Shown here piece after piece: positions 49,871-59,055 of a stretch of 64,000 nucleotides of DNA. The stretch spans positions 3,968,001-4,032,000 of the forward strand of contig OZ253442.1 of NCBI GenBank assembly GCA_965261085.1, given 5' to 3'. The position numbers and the translations under genes were made by a program. A model generated the notes under the pieces. The model did no database searches and had not been told where the DNA came from. It saw nothing but the letters and a program-made list of their open reading frames with translations. The stretch's first letter is position 1. Each line of letters starts with the position of its first letter. The stretch comes from a bacterium. Its GTDB lineage: Bacteria; UBA8248.

Positions 49871-51463
49871 TTATTCCACCATGTCTATGAAGAGGGACTG
49901 ATCCGCCTGGATGTCCGTTTGTGCTCGTCTGCCGATCAATTCATCCATCATCCAGCCCGGAAGGCCGTCGGCGGGCCTTTTCATGCCCAGCATGGAAGAT
50001 TCTATGGTCTCTCCACTCCCAATATCCCGCTCGGCTACGATGCTGCGCCGGGCACTGTCGCGGGCGGCGTGTTCTCCCTCGGCGACTCCGAGCGCACCGT
50101 CTCCCAAAACGCTCTCAGCAAGGCGAACGTTTTGCACTATCTTCTTCAAATCTTTCGGGTTCATCGAGAAGAAATGGCCTGAATCACTCAACTCTCGATC
50201 CAGAGTGTAGTGTTTTTCAATGACCTTCGCTCCCAGAGCCACGCCCAGGGAAGGTATGACCATGTTCGCATCCGGTTCAGTATGATCGGAAAGACCAACG
50301 ATGAGACCGGGGTATCTTTCTTTCAAAGAGCGGATACGCAGAAGATTCGCATCTTTGTTCGGCGCCGGATAACTCAACATACAGGCCATGAGGATGAGTT
50401 GATGGTTGCCCGTAGCGAAAATGGTGGTGATGGCCCGCTCGATCTCCTCGACCATAGAACCCCCGCTTGAAAGAATAACGGGCTTGCCGAAACCGGCCAC
50501 GCACCTGAGCAACCGGCTGTCGGGAAGATCACATGAGGCGATTTTGAAAAGCGGTGCGTCCAAATCGTTCAGCATCTCGGCGCTTTCAACGTCGAACGGC
50601 GTGGAGAACGTGATGATGCCCTTCTCGAAACCGTATGCGAAAAGCGCTTCATATTCAGGCGCGCCGAAGCGATCGAGTTTCCGATAATACTCAATTTGCG
50701 GAATCTGTTTCCCGCGCCAGTAAGTCATCGCTCCTTTGCGCGTCAGGCGTTCGGCCTTATAGGTCTGGAACTTGATAGCATCCGCCCCGGCTTCGGCGGC
50801 GAGGTCGATCATCTCCTTGCCCATGCCTAAGTCACACATGTGATTGCAGGCGGCTTCGGCAATCACGAAGGCGGGATGGCCCTCCCCTATCATCCTGTCA
50901 CCGACGGCGATTTCCTTCGAATACGGACTCATCTCATGCGCGGCCATGGCGAGGTCGAATGAAGAGTGGATGTTGACGCAATCATCTTGAACTGCGGATG
51001 AATACAGGGGCGGGTCCGCCATCAACGCCCTCATGCTCATGATGCGAAGCGCCCCGTTTCGCTTTCCATGGCGATCCACCGTACACAAATCGTCGATCCG
51101 GTTGTCTTTGACGTATTGCAACAGGGCGTCCAAGTCGCTTTTTCTGTTCGGATGATCGGGTTGAACCCCGACAAGGAAAGACACGTTCACACGGCCCAAT
51201 TCCCTGGCGACGTCCCGGTACACCTCGACCAAGGGCGTTTCGCCGCTCAGCCCATCGCCCCTGAAATGAACCATCACCCTGTTGCGCCTGCCGATCTCGG
51301 CAATTTCTTCGGAATCGGTGGATACGACGATTTTGTCCACACTCCGAAATTTCCTGGCGTAGTGAATGGCATGCACCACCAGAGAAAGGCCGTTGATTTC
51401 CAACAAATTCTTGTCCGCCAGACGATCCGAATGCCGCTTGGCCGGTATGACGGCGACGATCAA
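49871..51463 (-). CDS. neuB: NeuA-like cytidylyltransferase fused to NeuB-family nonulosonate synthase with SAF domain
   Basis: IPAKRHSDRLADKN, VVSTD; IAEA..NH, KFQTY, STPFD, KIAS.D, GLSDHT, IEKH.TL, RRSIVA, KRPA.G. Confidence 0.9.
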   Translation of the reverse strand: MIVAVIPAKRHSDRLADKNLLEINGLSLVVHAIHYARKFRSVDKIVVSTDSEEIAEIGRRNRVMVHFRGDGLSGETPLVEVYRDVARELGRVNVSFLVGVQPDHPNRKSDLDALLQYVKDNRIDDLCTVDRHGKRNGALRIMSMRALMADPPLYSSAVQDDCVNIHSSFDLAMAAHEMSPYSKEIAVGDRMIGEGHPAFVIAEAACNHMCDLGMGKEMIDLAAEAGADAIKFQTYKAERLTRKGAMTYWRGKQIPQIEYYRKLDRFGAPEYEALFAYGFEKGIITFSTPFDVESAEMLNDLDAPLFKIASCDLPDSRLLRCVAGFGKPVILSSGGSMVEEIERAITTIFATGNHQLILMACMLSYPAPNKDANLLRIRSLKERYPGLIVGLSDHTEPDANMVIPSLGVALGAKVIEKHYTLDRELSDSGHFFSMNPKDLKKIVQNVRLAESVLGDGALGVAEGEHAARDSARRSIVAERDIGSGETIESSMLGMKRPADGLPGWMMDELIGRRAQTDIQADQSLFIDMVE

Positions 51464-52755
51464 CTCTCCTCTCCTCTCGTTTTCATGCGCGAAATTACCG
51501 GCATGATTTGTCCCGCCTGCCGAAGCACAATGAGCTTCGAATTTGGTCCCGTCGAATCCAAGGCTCTCTCGACCGCCGCCTCTATCGACTCGGCCCAGCC
51601 GAATCCCATCCCGTTCGCCTCCTCACGGTCGATATGGGGGGAAACCAATACCCCCTTCACGCGCTTGGAAATGATTCTGCCGATGGCGACCAGCGTATAG
51701 GCCAGGAGTTTTTCACGAAATTCACCCATTTTAACCTTTCGGTAAAGCGCGTCGGGGTCTTTGAAACCATACCGCTCAAAATTGGGGAATTGCGGCGAAA
51801 CGCCTTCCCGGCAATCCGCGGCTAGGATGATCACCCCGTTGTCCCGGCAGACGAGGTCCGCCGCGCACACGGCTTTAATGGACTGGCGCAGATCGATGTC
51901 AGCCGGGTAGGCTTCCGCAACGACGACTTCCGCCTTTGCGGCGACCGGCACACCATATAGATCCAGACATCGCTCACAGCCCACTTCGTGGGCCGATTCC
52001 AAGTCTCCGGCAACGGCGTCATAAATTCTTTCCTCATCCATCATGATTGTGTTGACGATGAAACGCAGCCTGACCCGACGCGCGATGCGAACAAACGCTT
52101 CTCTCACCTTGTTGTCGAAGTGGCCGAGAATTTCTCTCATCTCATAGTCCAGAGCGGCCCAATGGGTCTCTTCTATCGTGGCCTCTCCGCAAATGCCGGG
52201 CATCACGCTCTTCGCCCCGCCGGAGAAGCCCGCCGTCGCATGAGGTATGATGCTGCCGACGGATATAGTGAGATCCGTTTTCAGGATTTCCTTGTTCATC
52301 AGCACGTCAAAACCCAACCCGCTCTTCCCCAATGAAATAAGCTTTAAGGGGTTTTTCCATTCATGGTTGAGAATCTCGAATCGCGCGACCAGATCGTCTC
52401 CAAACTTGCGCCGTATCTCCTCATCCGTCATGGCGCGGTGCGTACCCAAGCCGATCAGAATACGGATGGAAGAATCGGAGACGCCCGCCTCGGCAAGTTC
52501 CTCCAGAATGAGGGGAAGTACGCGATGAAGCGGGGTATGGCGCGTATTGTCGTCGGTGACGATCAACACCCTCCCGGCGCCTTTGGAAATCTCCCGGAGA
52601 GGGGGAGCGCCGATCGGGTTTCGAATCCGCTCCCGCAGGGCTTCGTCATCAAGCCCCCCGCCTCTTGATAGTGAGGGACCATAGACCCCTATCAGCCGCC
52701 CATCTTCGACTTCAAAATCGCCGAACAGATCATTCGTCAGAGATATCCTCGCCAT
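51460..52755 (-). CDS. larA: LarA-family nickel-pincer-dependent racemase/epimerase
   Basis: NPIGAPPL, DDNTR.TP, GLGTHR.MT, NH, PH..AGFSGGAK...PG, THW, Q..K; substrate unknown. Confidence 0.88.
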   Translation of the reverse strand: MARISLTNDLFGDFEVEDGRLIGVYGPSLSRGGGLDDEALRERIRNPIGAPPLREISKGAGRVLIVTDDNTRHTPLHRVLPLILEELAEAGVSDSSIRILIGLGTHRAMTDEEIRRKFGDDLVARFEILNHEWKNPLKLISLGKSGLGFDVLMNKEILKTDLTISVGSIIPHATAGFSGGAKSVMPGICGEATIEETHWAALDYEMREILGHFDNKVREAFVRIARRVRLRFIVNTIMMDEERIYDAVAGDLESAHEVGCERCLDLYGVPVAAKAEVVVAEAYPADIDLRQSIKAVCAADLVCRDNGVIILAADCREGVSPQFPNFERYGFKDPDALYRKVKMGEFREKLLAYTLVAIGRIISKRVKGVLVSPHIDREEANGMGFGWAESIEAAVERALDSTGPNSKLIVLRQAGQIMPVISRMKTRGEES

Positions 52756-54641
52756 CAGCGCGCCTCCGCCTCATCGGTTCGCCATAATTTCGAATCAGGC
52801 GAAGAGAAAATATCCACCCATTCTGAGCGCCAGTTCTTGTTGTTGCGATAATAACGAATCGCAAATTCATCGACGGCTTCCCGCGTGCTGCGATCCTCCC
52901 ACCACGAATCGACATCAGGCCAGATGGCGTTCAGATGCCTCGCCGCACTCTCGCCGGATGAATGATGAACGTGCACACTGATAAGTTTCTTGATGCCCGG
53001 TTTCGCAAAACGGGAAACGCGCCAGGCGTTAGCCCCCCCGAAGAAAAGGGTCGGAATGCCCGCCGCCATCGTGAATGCCGCCGTCGTTCCCGGGCGATCG
53101 AGAACACAAACGCCGCATCCCGCTAACGCACGCGAGAGCTTGGTCGGCATGTATCTCACCAATTTTCCGCGAAGGATTTTCACGTCAGGGTATTTCTTTT
53201 CGATATAGGCCTGATCGTATTGATTGTTCCTCCTGCGCGTATACGGCCTGTACCACAAGGCGGAGCGAGGCGCGTCGCCCAAGTGTTCGATGAAACTCGT
53301 CTTCCCCATCATGTATTGCGCGATGTCTTCGGGAAGGGAGTCCGCCGCCAGCCATTTCATATGGGGGGTGAGTTCGGAGCTGACCAGAATGATGAATGAG
53401 TTCCGCTTCTTGCTCCTCCTCATTTTTGAGAGAAAAGGAGAAACCGCCGGCACGGCGTTTATTCGATAATCGGATTGACGCCTCCACCCCCACGATATGA
53501 ACCGATCGGCCGTCTTATACTCCGCAAGGTGATGCCAAGGCGCCGACTCGATGACGCCGTAGTTCCCCCCATGCTGATTGATAACCAGCCTTGCCGGGCG
53601 TTTTTCTAGGAGAGCGGCCACGTAAAAATTCGACTGATCGTCATTTCCCAGATGGCCATAGGCGATGGTATCCGTCCAGGGCGCCGTCGCCTTTACCTTC
53701 AACCGGGCTTTTTTCTCGTTTTCCAGATAATGATGTGTGAAAATCTTTGGCATCATCTCCACAACGAGCCCATCCAAAACACTCAGGAAAATCACGGCTT
53801 CCGTAGCGGTGATGTCCCGGAACGATTGGAGTTCATCAACCACGTCGTTCCTGGTGAGGTTCCCCTTTTCCGCTTCGGACGTTTCATCAAACGATTTAGC
53901 GGCCTCTTTCCAGCCTCTTCTGTTTCGAAACAGCATGCGCAAGGAAATGTAAAAAGCATCCAGCGGACTCAATCCATGCACTTTATGGAATTGTACGCAC
54001 CCCATGTTGGAAGAGAGGATGCTCGCCCAGCGATACACCTCCATTTTTCTTTGCACTTTTTTGAAAACGGCATAGTTTTCCGTTGAAGTCGCGCCGGATG
54101 AGTGGTCCGAGGAGAAATACGCATCTCCCGGGGCGGGAGCACCGTCTCGCACCACCCAATCTCGGGGCTGGAATGCGCGGATGAATTTACTGAATATCAG
54201 CCGGTTCAAAGGATCGTCGATAAGCATCTGATTAAAATGGGGCGTCGTGATGGATGAAAGGCTTTCATCCTCAGGGGAGAGATATACGAGATACGGCACA
54301 CGGCTTCTGACCCGATTTCTGACGCGCAAAAACCGTTCGAATGCGCACATGACCAGATTGATGAGCCACGGCATCAACAAGATGCGCCAGTAGCGATTCG
54401 AATAAGAACGCCCGTGTCTTTCGTTTTGCCGGATATTCAACCTAGAGAGATAGAATTCACAAACCTTCTCAAGCCTTCTGGAGACGAAGTGAACCTCCTC
54501 GCTTTTGAGCGCCGGCTCGATTTCGTATTTTTTCCATTCCCACTCAAAAAGCTGAGACTCCGAAAGTGACCAGGGGCCTAAATGCTCGGCCTGTCGCTCG
54601 TTCGGGATGGAATCGATTTTCGTCAGCACGAGTTGTTTCAT
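52755..54641 (-). CDS. LIC12162-family putative glycan transferase
   Basis: LGPW, YWRILLMPWL, QHGGNYG, HLAEY...D.FISWGW, IPTL, HL..IW.DV.SWW; the ORF-track start runs through the tRNA, so MKQLVLT is preferred. Confidence 0.75.
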   Translation of the reverse strand: MKQLVLTKIDSIPNERQAEHLGPWSLSESQLFEWEWKKYEIEPALKSEEVHFVSRRLEKVCEFYLSRLNIRQNERHGRSYSNRYWRILLMPWLINLVMCAFERFLRVRNRVRSRVPYLVYLSPEDESLSSITTPHFNQMLIDDPLNRLIFSKFIRAFQPRDWVVRDGAPAPGDAYFSSDHSSGATSTENYAVFKKVQRKMEVYRWASILSSNMGCVQFHKVHGLSPLDAFYISLRMLFRNRRGWKEAAKSFDETSEAEKGNLTRNDVVDELQSFRDITATEAVIFLSVLDGLVVEMMPKIFTHHYLENEKKARLKVKATAPWTDTIAYGHLGNDDQSNFYVAALLEKRPARLVINQHGGNYGVIESAPWHHLAEYKTADRFISWGWRRQSDYRINAVPAVSPFLSKMRRSKKRNSFIILVSSELTPHMKWLAADSLPEDIAQYMMGKTSFIEHLGDAPRSALWYRPYTRRRNNQYDQAYIEKKYPDVKILRGKLVRYMPTKLSRALAGCGVCVLDRPGTTAAFTMAAGIPTLFFGGANAWRVSRFAKPGIKKLISVHVHHSSGESAARHLNAIWPDVDSWWEDRSTREAVDEFAIRYYRNNKNWRSEWVDIFSSPDSKLWRTDEAEAR

Positions 54642-54784
54642 GCGTCGAGCACTTTTCCCACACCTCATCGCATACGCATAAGGCGTGAACGGAGTAACGG
54701 CGCAAATGGCCGTCCCCCCAAGGCGCGCGTTAAACACCCTCGCGCCGCTCGACTTGACGGGAAAGGAATTTCTACAGCAACGGT

Positions 54785-54862
54785 TGGCGTCCCCAAGGGG
54801 ATTCGAACCCCTGTTGCCGGCGTGAAAGGCCAGTGTCCTGGGCCAGGCTAGACGATGGGGAC
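54785..54862 (-). tRNA. tRNA-Glu (TTC)
   Basis: Acceptor stem GTCCCCA/TGGGGAC, anticodon loop CTTTCAC, GGTTCGAATCC T-arm, encoded CCA. Confidence 0.97.
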
Positions 54863-54916
54863 AAGTAAAAATCCAGGAAGGCCAAGGAATGAATTCCCGG
54901 ACCTTCAAGGGGTCGA

Positions 54917-54945
54917 TTTATACTGGTTTTCGGGCTGGAAGTCCA
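54917..54945 (-). promoter_or_regulatory. Putative sigma70 promoter of tRNA-Glu
   Basis: TGGACT-N17-TATAAA. Confidence 0.5.
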
Positions 54946-54960
54946 TCCCGCTCCACCACT

Positions 54961-55830
54961 TCAAACGCGCAAGACGACGAGGATGACTCCACTCACGGTG
55001 AGGGCCGCTCCTGCAGGCTCGCGCCAGGTGATGGATTCGACCCGCCTGAGAAAAATCACGCTGAAAAGCACGGTGAACAAAGGGCTAGTCTGCACCATCG
55101 GCACCACCCTGAAAACCTGGCTTTCCTGTAATGCGGACATGAAAAGAAAAATCCCCATCCCTGCCGCTACGCCACCCAGTAGATACGGCCAAAACGCTCG
55201 CTTCACGTCGCCCGCGTCCTCTTTGCGCAAAGCATAGCAGGTATAGGCGCCCACTACGACGAGAGCGGCGGCGGCGCCTATCAGCGAAGCGGCAAGTGCG
55301 CTTTGGAAAGCGACCACGCCTTTTTTCCAGGACATAGCTCCAAACCCCGATATCATCGCCGCGAACACGGGCCAACGGGCGTCCCAGCGGCTCCATCGCC
55401 CTTCCGTCTTTCCCGATACGAGCAACACGATGCCGCCCACCACGAACACAACGCCCATTAGATGGTACCAGGCCGGCTCCTCTCCCAGAAAAATGACCGC
55501 CAAAAGGGCGGCGAATATGGGGGACATCCCCTTTATCGGCGCCGCGCGCGCCACACCGATCCGGTGAATGCCGATCAGAAAAAAGATGAGGAAAAGCCCT
55601 GGGTTGCACAGGCCGCCAATCATCACCCACAGATAATGCGGGCCCATTTCCGGGAAGGGAGAACCTAAAAGGAAGACCAACGGAATTAAGAGAACCAACT
55701 CTCCCACCAGCGTGATGGTGGCGCCCACGAAATGGTTGGCGTACTGCAAGCCCTTGCGCGCGAAGAAATCAGCGCATGTAAAAGAGAGCGCCGCGCCCAG
55801 AGCGAAAAGAACAAATGGCTCAATCAACAA
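54961..55830 (-). CDS. DMT/EamA-family transporter
   Basis: Two repeated 5-TM halves (SPIFAALLA..FLGE; SPLFTVLFS..FL..E). Confidence 0.88.
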   Translation of the reverse strand: MLIEPFVLFALGAALSFTCADFFARKGLQYANHFVGATITLVGELVLLIPLVFLLGSPFPEMGPHYLWVMIGGLCNPGLFLIFFLIGIHRIGVARAAPIKGMSPIFAALLAVIFLGEEPAWYHLMGVVFVVGGIVLLVSGKTEGRWSRWDARWPVFAAMISGFGAMSWKKGVVAFQSALAASLIGAAAALVVVGAYTCYALRKEDAGDVKRAFWPYLLGGVAAGMGIFLFMSALQESQVFRVVPMVQTSPLFTVLFSVIFLRRVESITWREPAGAALTVSGVILVVLRV

Positions 55831-55893
55831 AATGCAATTCTCCGCTCGTAGACGGCGACCGAAATATCTCTCCCCAAAGACCCCCTGAAAAAT

Positions 55894-57114
55894 CTAGGCG
55901 AGGTATTTTTCTGAATTTTTCAGGAACTCGACCACGGCCTGAGCGAAAACGCTCACGCCTACCGGCAGCGCCTCCTCATCCAGGTCGAACAGATCGGAAT
56001 GCAGCCCGTGCACAAAGCCTTTTGCTTCGTTCGATATGCCCACGCGGTACAAGGCGCCGGGCCGTTTCTCCGCCATGTAGGAGAAATCCTCGGCCCCCAT
56101 CGAAAGTGGCATCTCTTTTACGTTCTCTGCGCCGAGAACCTGAACGCCGGCATTTTCGATGAGCTCAGTAGCCGCCTTGTGGTTCACAAGAGCGGGATAT
56201 CCCGGCGTGATATCGAGGTCGATTCGCACGTCGAAGGCTTCGGCCACCCCACGCGCTACCGCCCGCGCGCGCTCGGCTATCTTCACCCTGACCTTCGGAT
56301 CATGCGTGCGGATAGTTCCCTGAATCTTGACGTCGCGCGGCACGATGTTGACAGCGACGCCGGCTTCGAACGTCGTAATGGAAAGAACACCGGACTCGAA
56401 GGGGCCGAGGTTTCTGCTCACGATGCTTTGCAGTGCGGTCACCAGATGGCAGGCCGCCAGCAGGGCGTCCTTGGATTGGTGGGGATACGCCGCGTGCGAA
56501 CTTTCGCCCCTGACGTGAATGAGAAGTTTATCCCCCGCCGCCAGGACGGGACCCGAGCGTGTGCCGATATGGCCCGCCGGCATGTCGGGCCACACGTGCG
56601 CGGCGATGAGGAGATCCACCCGCGGCTCCTCGAGAACGCCTTCTTCCACCATCCTCTTTCCACCGGCCTTTCCCTCCTCCGCCGGTTGAAAGATGAATTT
56701 GACATTGCCGCCCAGGCCCTCAAGCCAACTCTTGTTCTCGGAAAGCAGGCGCGCCGCGCCCAGCAACATGCTCACATGGGCGTCATGACCACAGGCGTGC
56801 ATTTTCCCCGGACGGCGGCTCTTGTAGGGCACGTCGTTCGACTCGTCGATGGAGAGCGCATCCATATCAGCGCGAATGCCGATGGTGGGGCCGGGACGTC
56901 CCGTCTCGAGCAGACCGATCACCCCTGTTTCCGCGATACCGGCATGTGCATCAAGACCGAAACTCTCGAGATTCTCTACGATGAGGCGGGAAGTATCATG
57001 CTCCTCGTAGCCGAGTTCGGGATTCATATGAATGGTGCGCCTGGTTTCTGAAAGCCATGGCAGCAGGGCCAAAGAGGCATCCCGTATCGATTCAGACATA
57101 TCGTCAGACCTCAT
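55894..57114 (-). CDS. M20D amidohydrolase
   Basis: H.NPELGYEE, RADMDAL, MHACGHD.H, FQPAEE, EDFS, LHS; start may be 57099. Confidence 0.93.
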   Translation of the reverse strand: MRSDDMSESIRDASLALLPWLSETRRTIHMNPELGYEEHDTSRLIVENLESFGLDAHAGIAETGVIGLLETGRPGPTIGIRADMDALSIDESNDVPYKSRRPGKMHACGHDAHVSMLLGAARLLSENKSWLEGLGGNVKFIFQPAEEGKAGGKRMVEEGVLEEPRVDLLIAAHVWPDMPAGHIGTRSGPVLAAGDKLLIHVRGESSHAAYPHQSKDALLAACHLVTALQSIVSRNLGPFESGVLSITTFEAGVAVNIVPRDVKIQGTIRTHDPKVRVKIAERARAVARGVAEAFDVRIDLDITPGYPALVNHKAATELIENAGVQVLGAENVKEMPLSMGAEDFSYMAEKRPGALYRVGISNEAKGFVHGLHSDLFDLDEEALPVGVSVFAQAVVEFLKNSEKYLA

Positions 57115-57292
57115 GAATTCGCTTCACCCATCATGCCCTGTCAGTACGCTGAACCCGCATCAAGGGAGAACGGAAAACTTTTTTTTGAAATTCTTCAATG
57201 AAGGCTAGATATCACAAACAAAGGAGATAAACCATTTGGTTAACCGGTTCTCGGCTTCTCACTGTGTCGATATGCCACCCCATCCCCAACAA

Positions 57293-58969
57293 TCAAAAAT
57301 CATTCGGCGAGAATCCGGGCCGCCCCCTCAATATCGCCTTGATGTCCTCACGCTTGTGTTTGCGCGTGGTGGTTCTGGGTAATTCCTCCTCGGGCCAGAG
57401 GAAAAACCCGGCCACCCTCTTGTAATCCGCAAGGTGCGTGCTCAAGCGCTTGAGTTCGGAATCGGCCAGGGCCGCGCGCTTCTGCTCTTCTTGTGGAAGA
57501 TCAGCTTCGGGGTCTAGCACCACGACGGCGAACACCTCCTCACCGCCGCGAGACGTCTTCCTGCCGATGACGCATACGTCCTGAAACCACTCACTCTCGA
57601 GAAGCTGCTCCTCCACCTCTTCGGGATATATGTTTTTTCCCGCCTCGGAGATAATAACGTTTTTGGATCGGCCGCATATCGTGAGGTAGCCGTCCGCATC
57701 CAGACGACCAATATCCCCGGTATGAAACCACCCATCGCGCAAAACCTCCACCGTCAACTCCGGGTTTTCAAAATAGCCCTGCATCACGTTCGGCCCGCGT
57801 ATCAGGATTTCGCCCTCTCCTTCGCCCGCTCCCTCCACGGGTTCGATCCGAGCCTCGACCCCCGGAATCGGCGGGCCGACTGTTCCGATTCTGTTCGGAG
57901 TTCCCGACGGATTTGCGTGGGTGACGGGAGAGGTTTCCGTCAACCCATATCCCTGAAGCACCTCGATCCCCAAAACGAGCAAATCACGAGCGATTTTCGG
58001 GTCGAGTGCGGCTCCCCCGCTCGCGAAATAGCGTAAATTCTCGCCGAGATTCTTCTTCACCTGAGATAACAACAAACCCCCGACGCGAAAACCCATGGAC
58101 AGGCAAATCCCGGAAATACCGAAAAGGAACTTAAAAACGATTTTCTTCGCCCCGCTCAGCGATTCCACGTTCGACATGATCCGCTTATGGATGAGCCGCG
58201 CAAGTGCCGGCACCATCAGGCAGATGGTGATGCCCTCTTTTTTCATGGTCTCCGCGAGGAGGCGCGGGTTCAGAGAAGATAGGTAGTGCACGCGGGCGCC
58301 GGCCGCTAACGGAACCAGAAAACCTCCCGTGCTCTCGAACATGTGGTGAAGCGGCAGAATCGAGAGAAAACCATCGCCCTCCCCGGCGTCGAACGGCTCG
58401 AGCACGGCGCGCACATTGGAGGTGATGTTCCCGTGAGAGAGCATCACTCCTTTGGGCGTTCCCGTCGTTCCCGATGAGAACGACACCAGCGCCAAATCGT
58501 CCGGGCTTCGCTCCGCGCCCGGCAGCGCGTCCAGCGAAGCAGAGGGAGTGGGCTCTCTCACCTCATCAATGCGCAACACCGCGCAGACCGACGCGAGATC
58601 GCCCGCAAGCGTTCCGGCGCGCTCCTCTTCCCGAGCGTCCGTCATCAGGCAAACGGGCCTGGCTTTTTCCAGAATGTTCGCGATCTCCCCTTCTTTCAGG
58701 TTCACGTCCAACGGCACGAGAACGCCACCGGCGAGAAGCGCCCCGAAATAACCCACCCCCCATTCGGGTTGATTCGGAGCCAGCAACGCGACGAAATCTC
58801 CCGGCTTCACGCCTGAATCCATCAGTTCACGGGCCAAGGCGGCCGCTTTGCCGCATAGTTCTATTCTCGTGAGCACCACCCGTCCACGTCCTTCCACATC
58901 GCCTTCTAGGGCGATCGAGTCTGGAAATTTCGCGGTTGCTTCTTTCAGGATATTAATCAGCGTATCCAT
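57293..58969 (-). CDS. Long-chain acyl-CoA synthetase-like AMP-binding enzyme
   Basis: SSGTTGTPKG, GYGLTET, GWFHTGDIG, GKNIYPEE. Confidence 0.92.
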   Translation of the reverse strand: MDTLINILKEATAKFPDSIALEGDVEGRGRVVLTRIELCGKAAALARELMDSGVKPGDFVALLAPNQPEWGVGYFGALLAGGVLVPLDVNLKEGEIANILEKARPVCLMTDAREEERAGTLAGDLASVCAVLRIDEVREPTPSASLDALPGAERSPDDLALVSFSSGTTGTPKGVMLSHGNITSNVRAVLEPFDAGEGDGFLSILPLHHMFESTGGFLVPLAAGARVHYLSSLNPRLLAETMKKEGITICLMVPALARLIHKRIMSNVESLSGAKKIVFKFLFGISGICLSMGFRVGGLLLSQVKKNLGENLRYFASGGAALDPKIARDLLVLGIEVLQGYGLTETSPVTHANPSGTPNRIGTVGPPIPGVEARIEPVEGAGEGEGEILIRGPNVMQGYFENPELTVEVLRDGWFHTGDIGRLDADGYLTICGRSKNVIISEAGKNIYPEEVEEQLLESEWFQDVCVIGRKTSRGGEEVFAVVVLDPEADLPQEEQKRAALADSELKRLSTHLADYKRVAGFFLWPEEELPRTTTRKHKREDIKAILRGRPGFSPNDF

Positions 58970-59055
58970 GCGCGTCTCCTCCCACCTCGGCCCGCACGAA
59001 GGATTCTACGGGTCGGACAAGGACTACCAACACTCAATTCCAACGAGCGTTTCGG

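Noticed and set aside
54707-54784. Possible degenerate tandem copy or att duplicate of the tRNA-Glu 3' end (TGGCCGTCCCCCCAAGG)
   Set aside because: Needs three insertions in a short match and no cloverleaf is recoverable; probably chance.
54642-54908. 89-aa N-terminal extension of the 717-aa ORF
   Set aside because: Overlaps tRNA-Glu; start-codon artefact.
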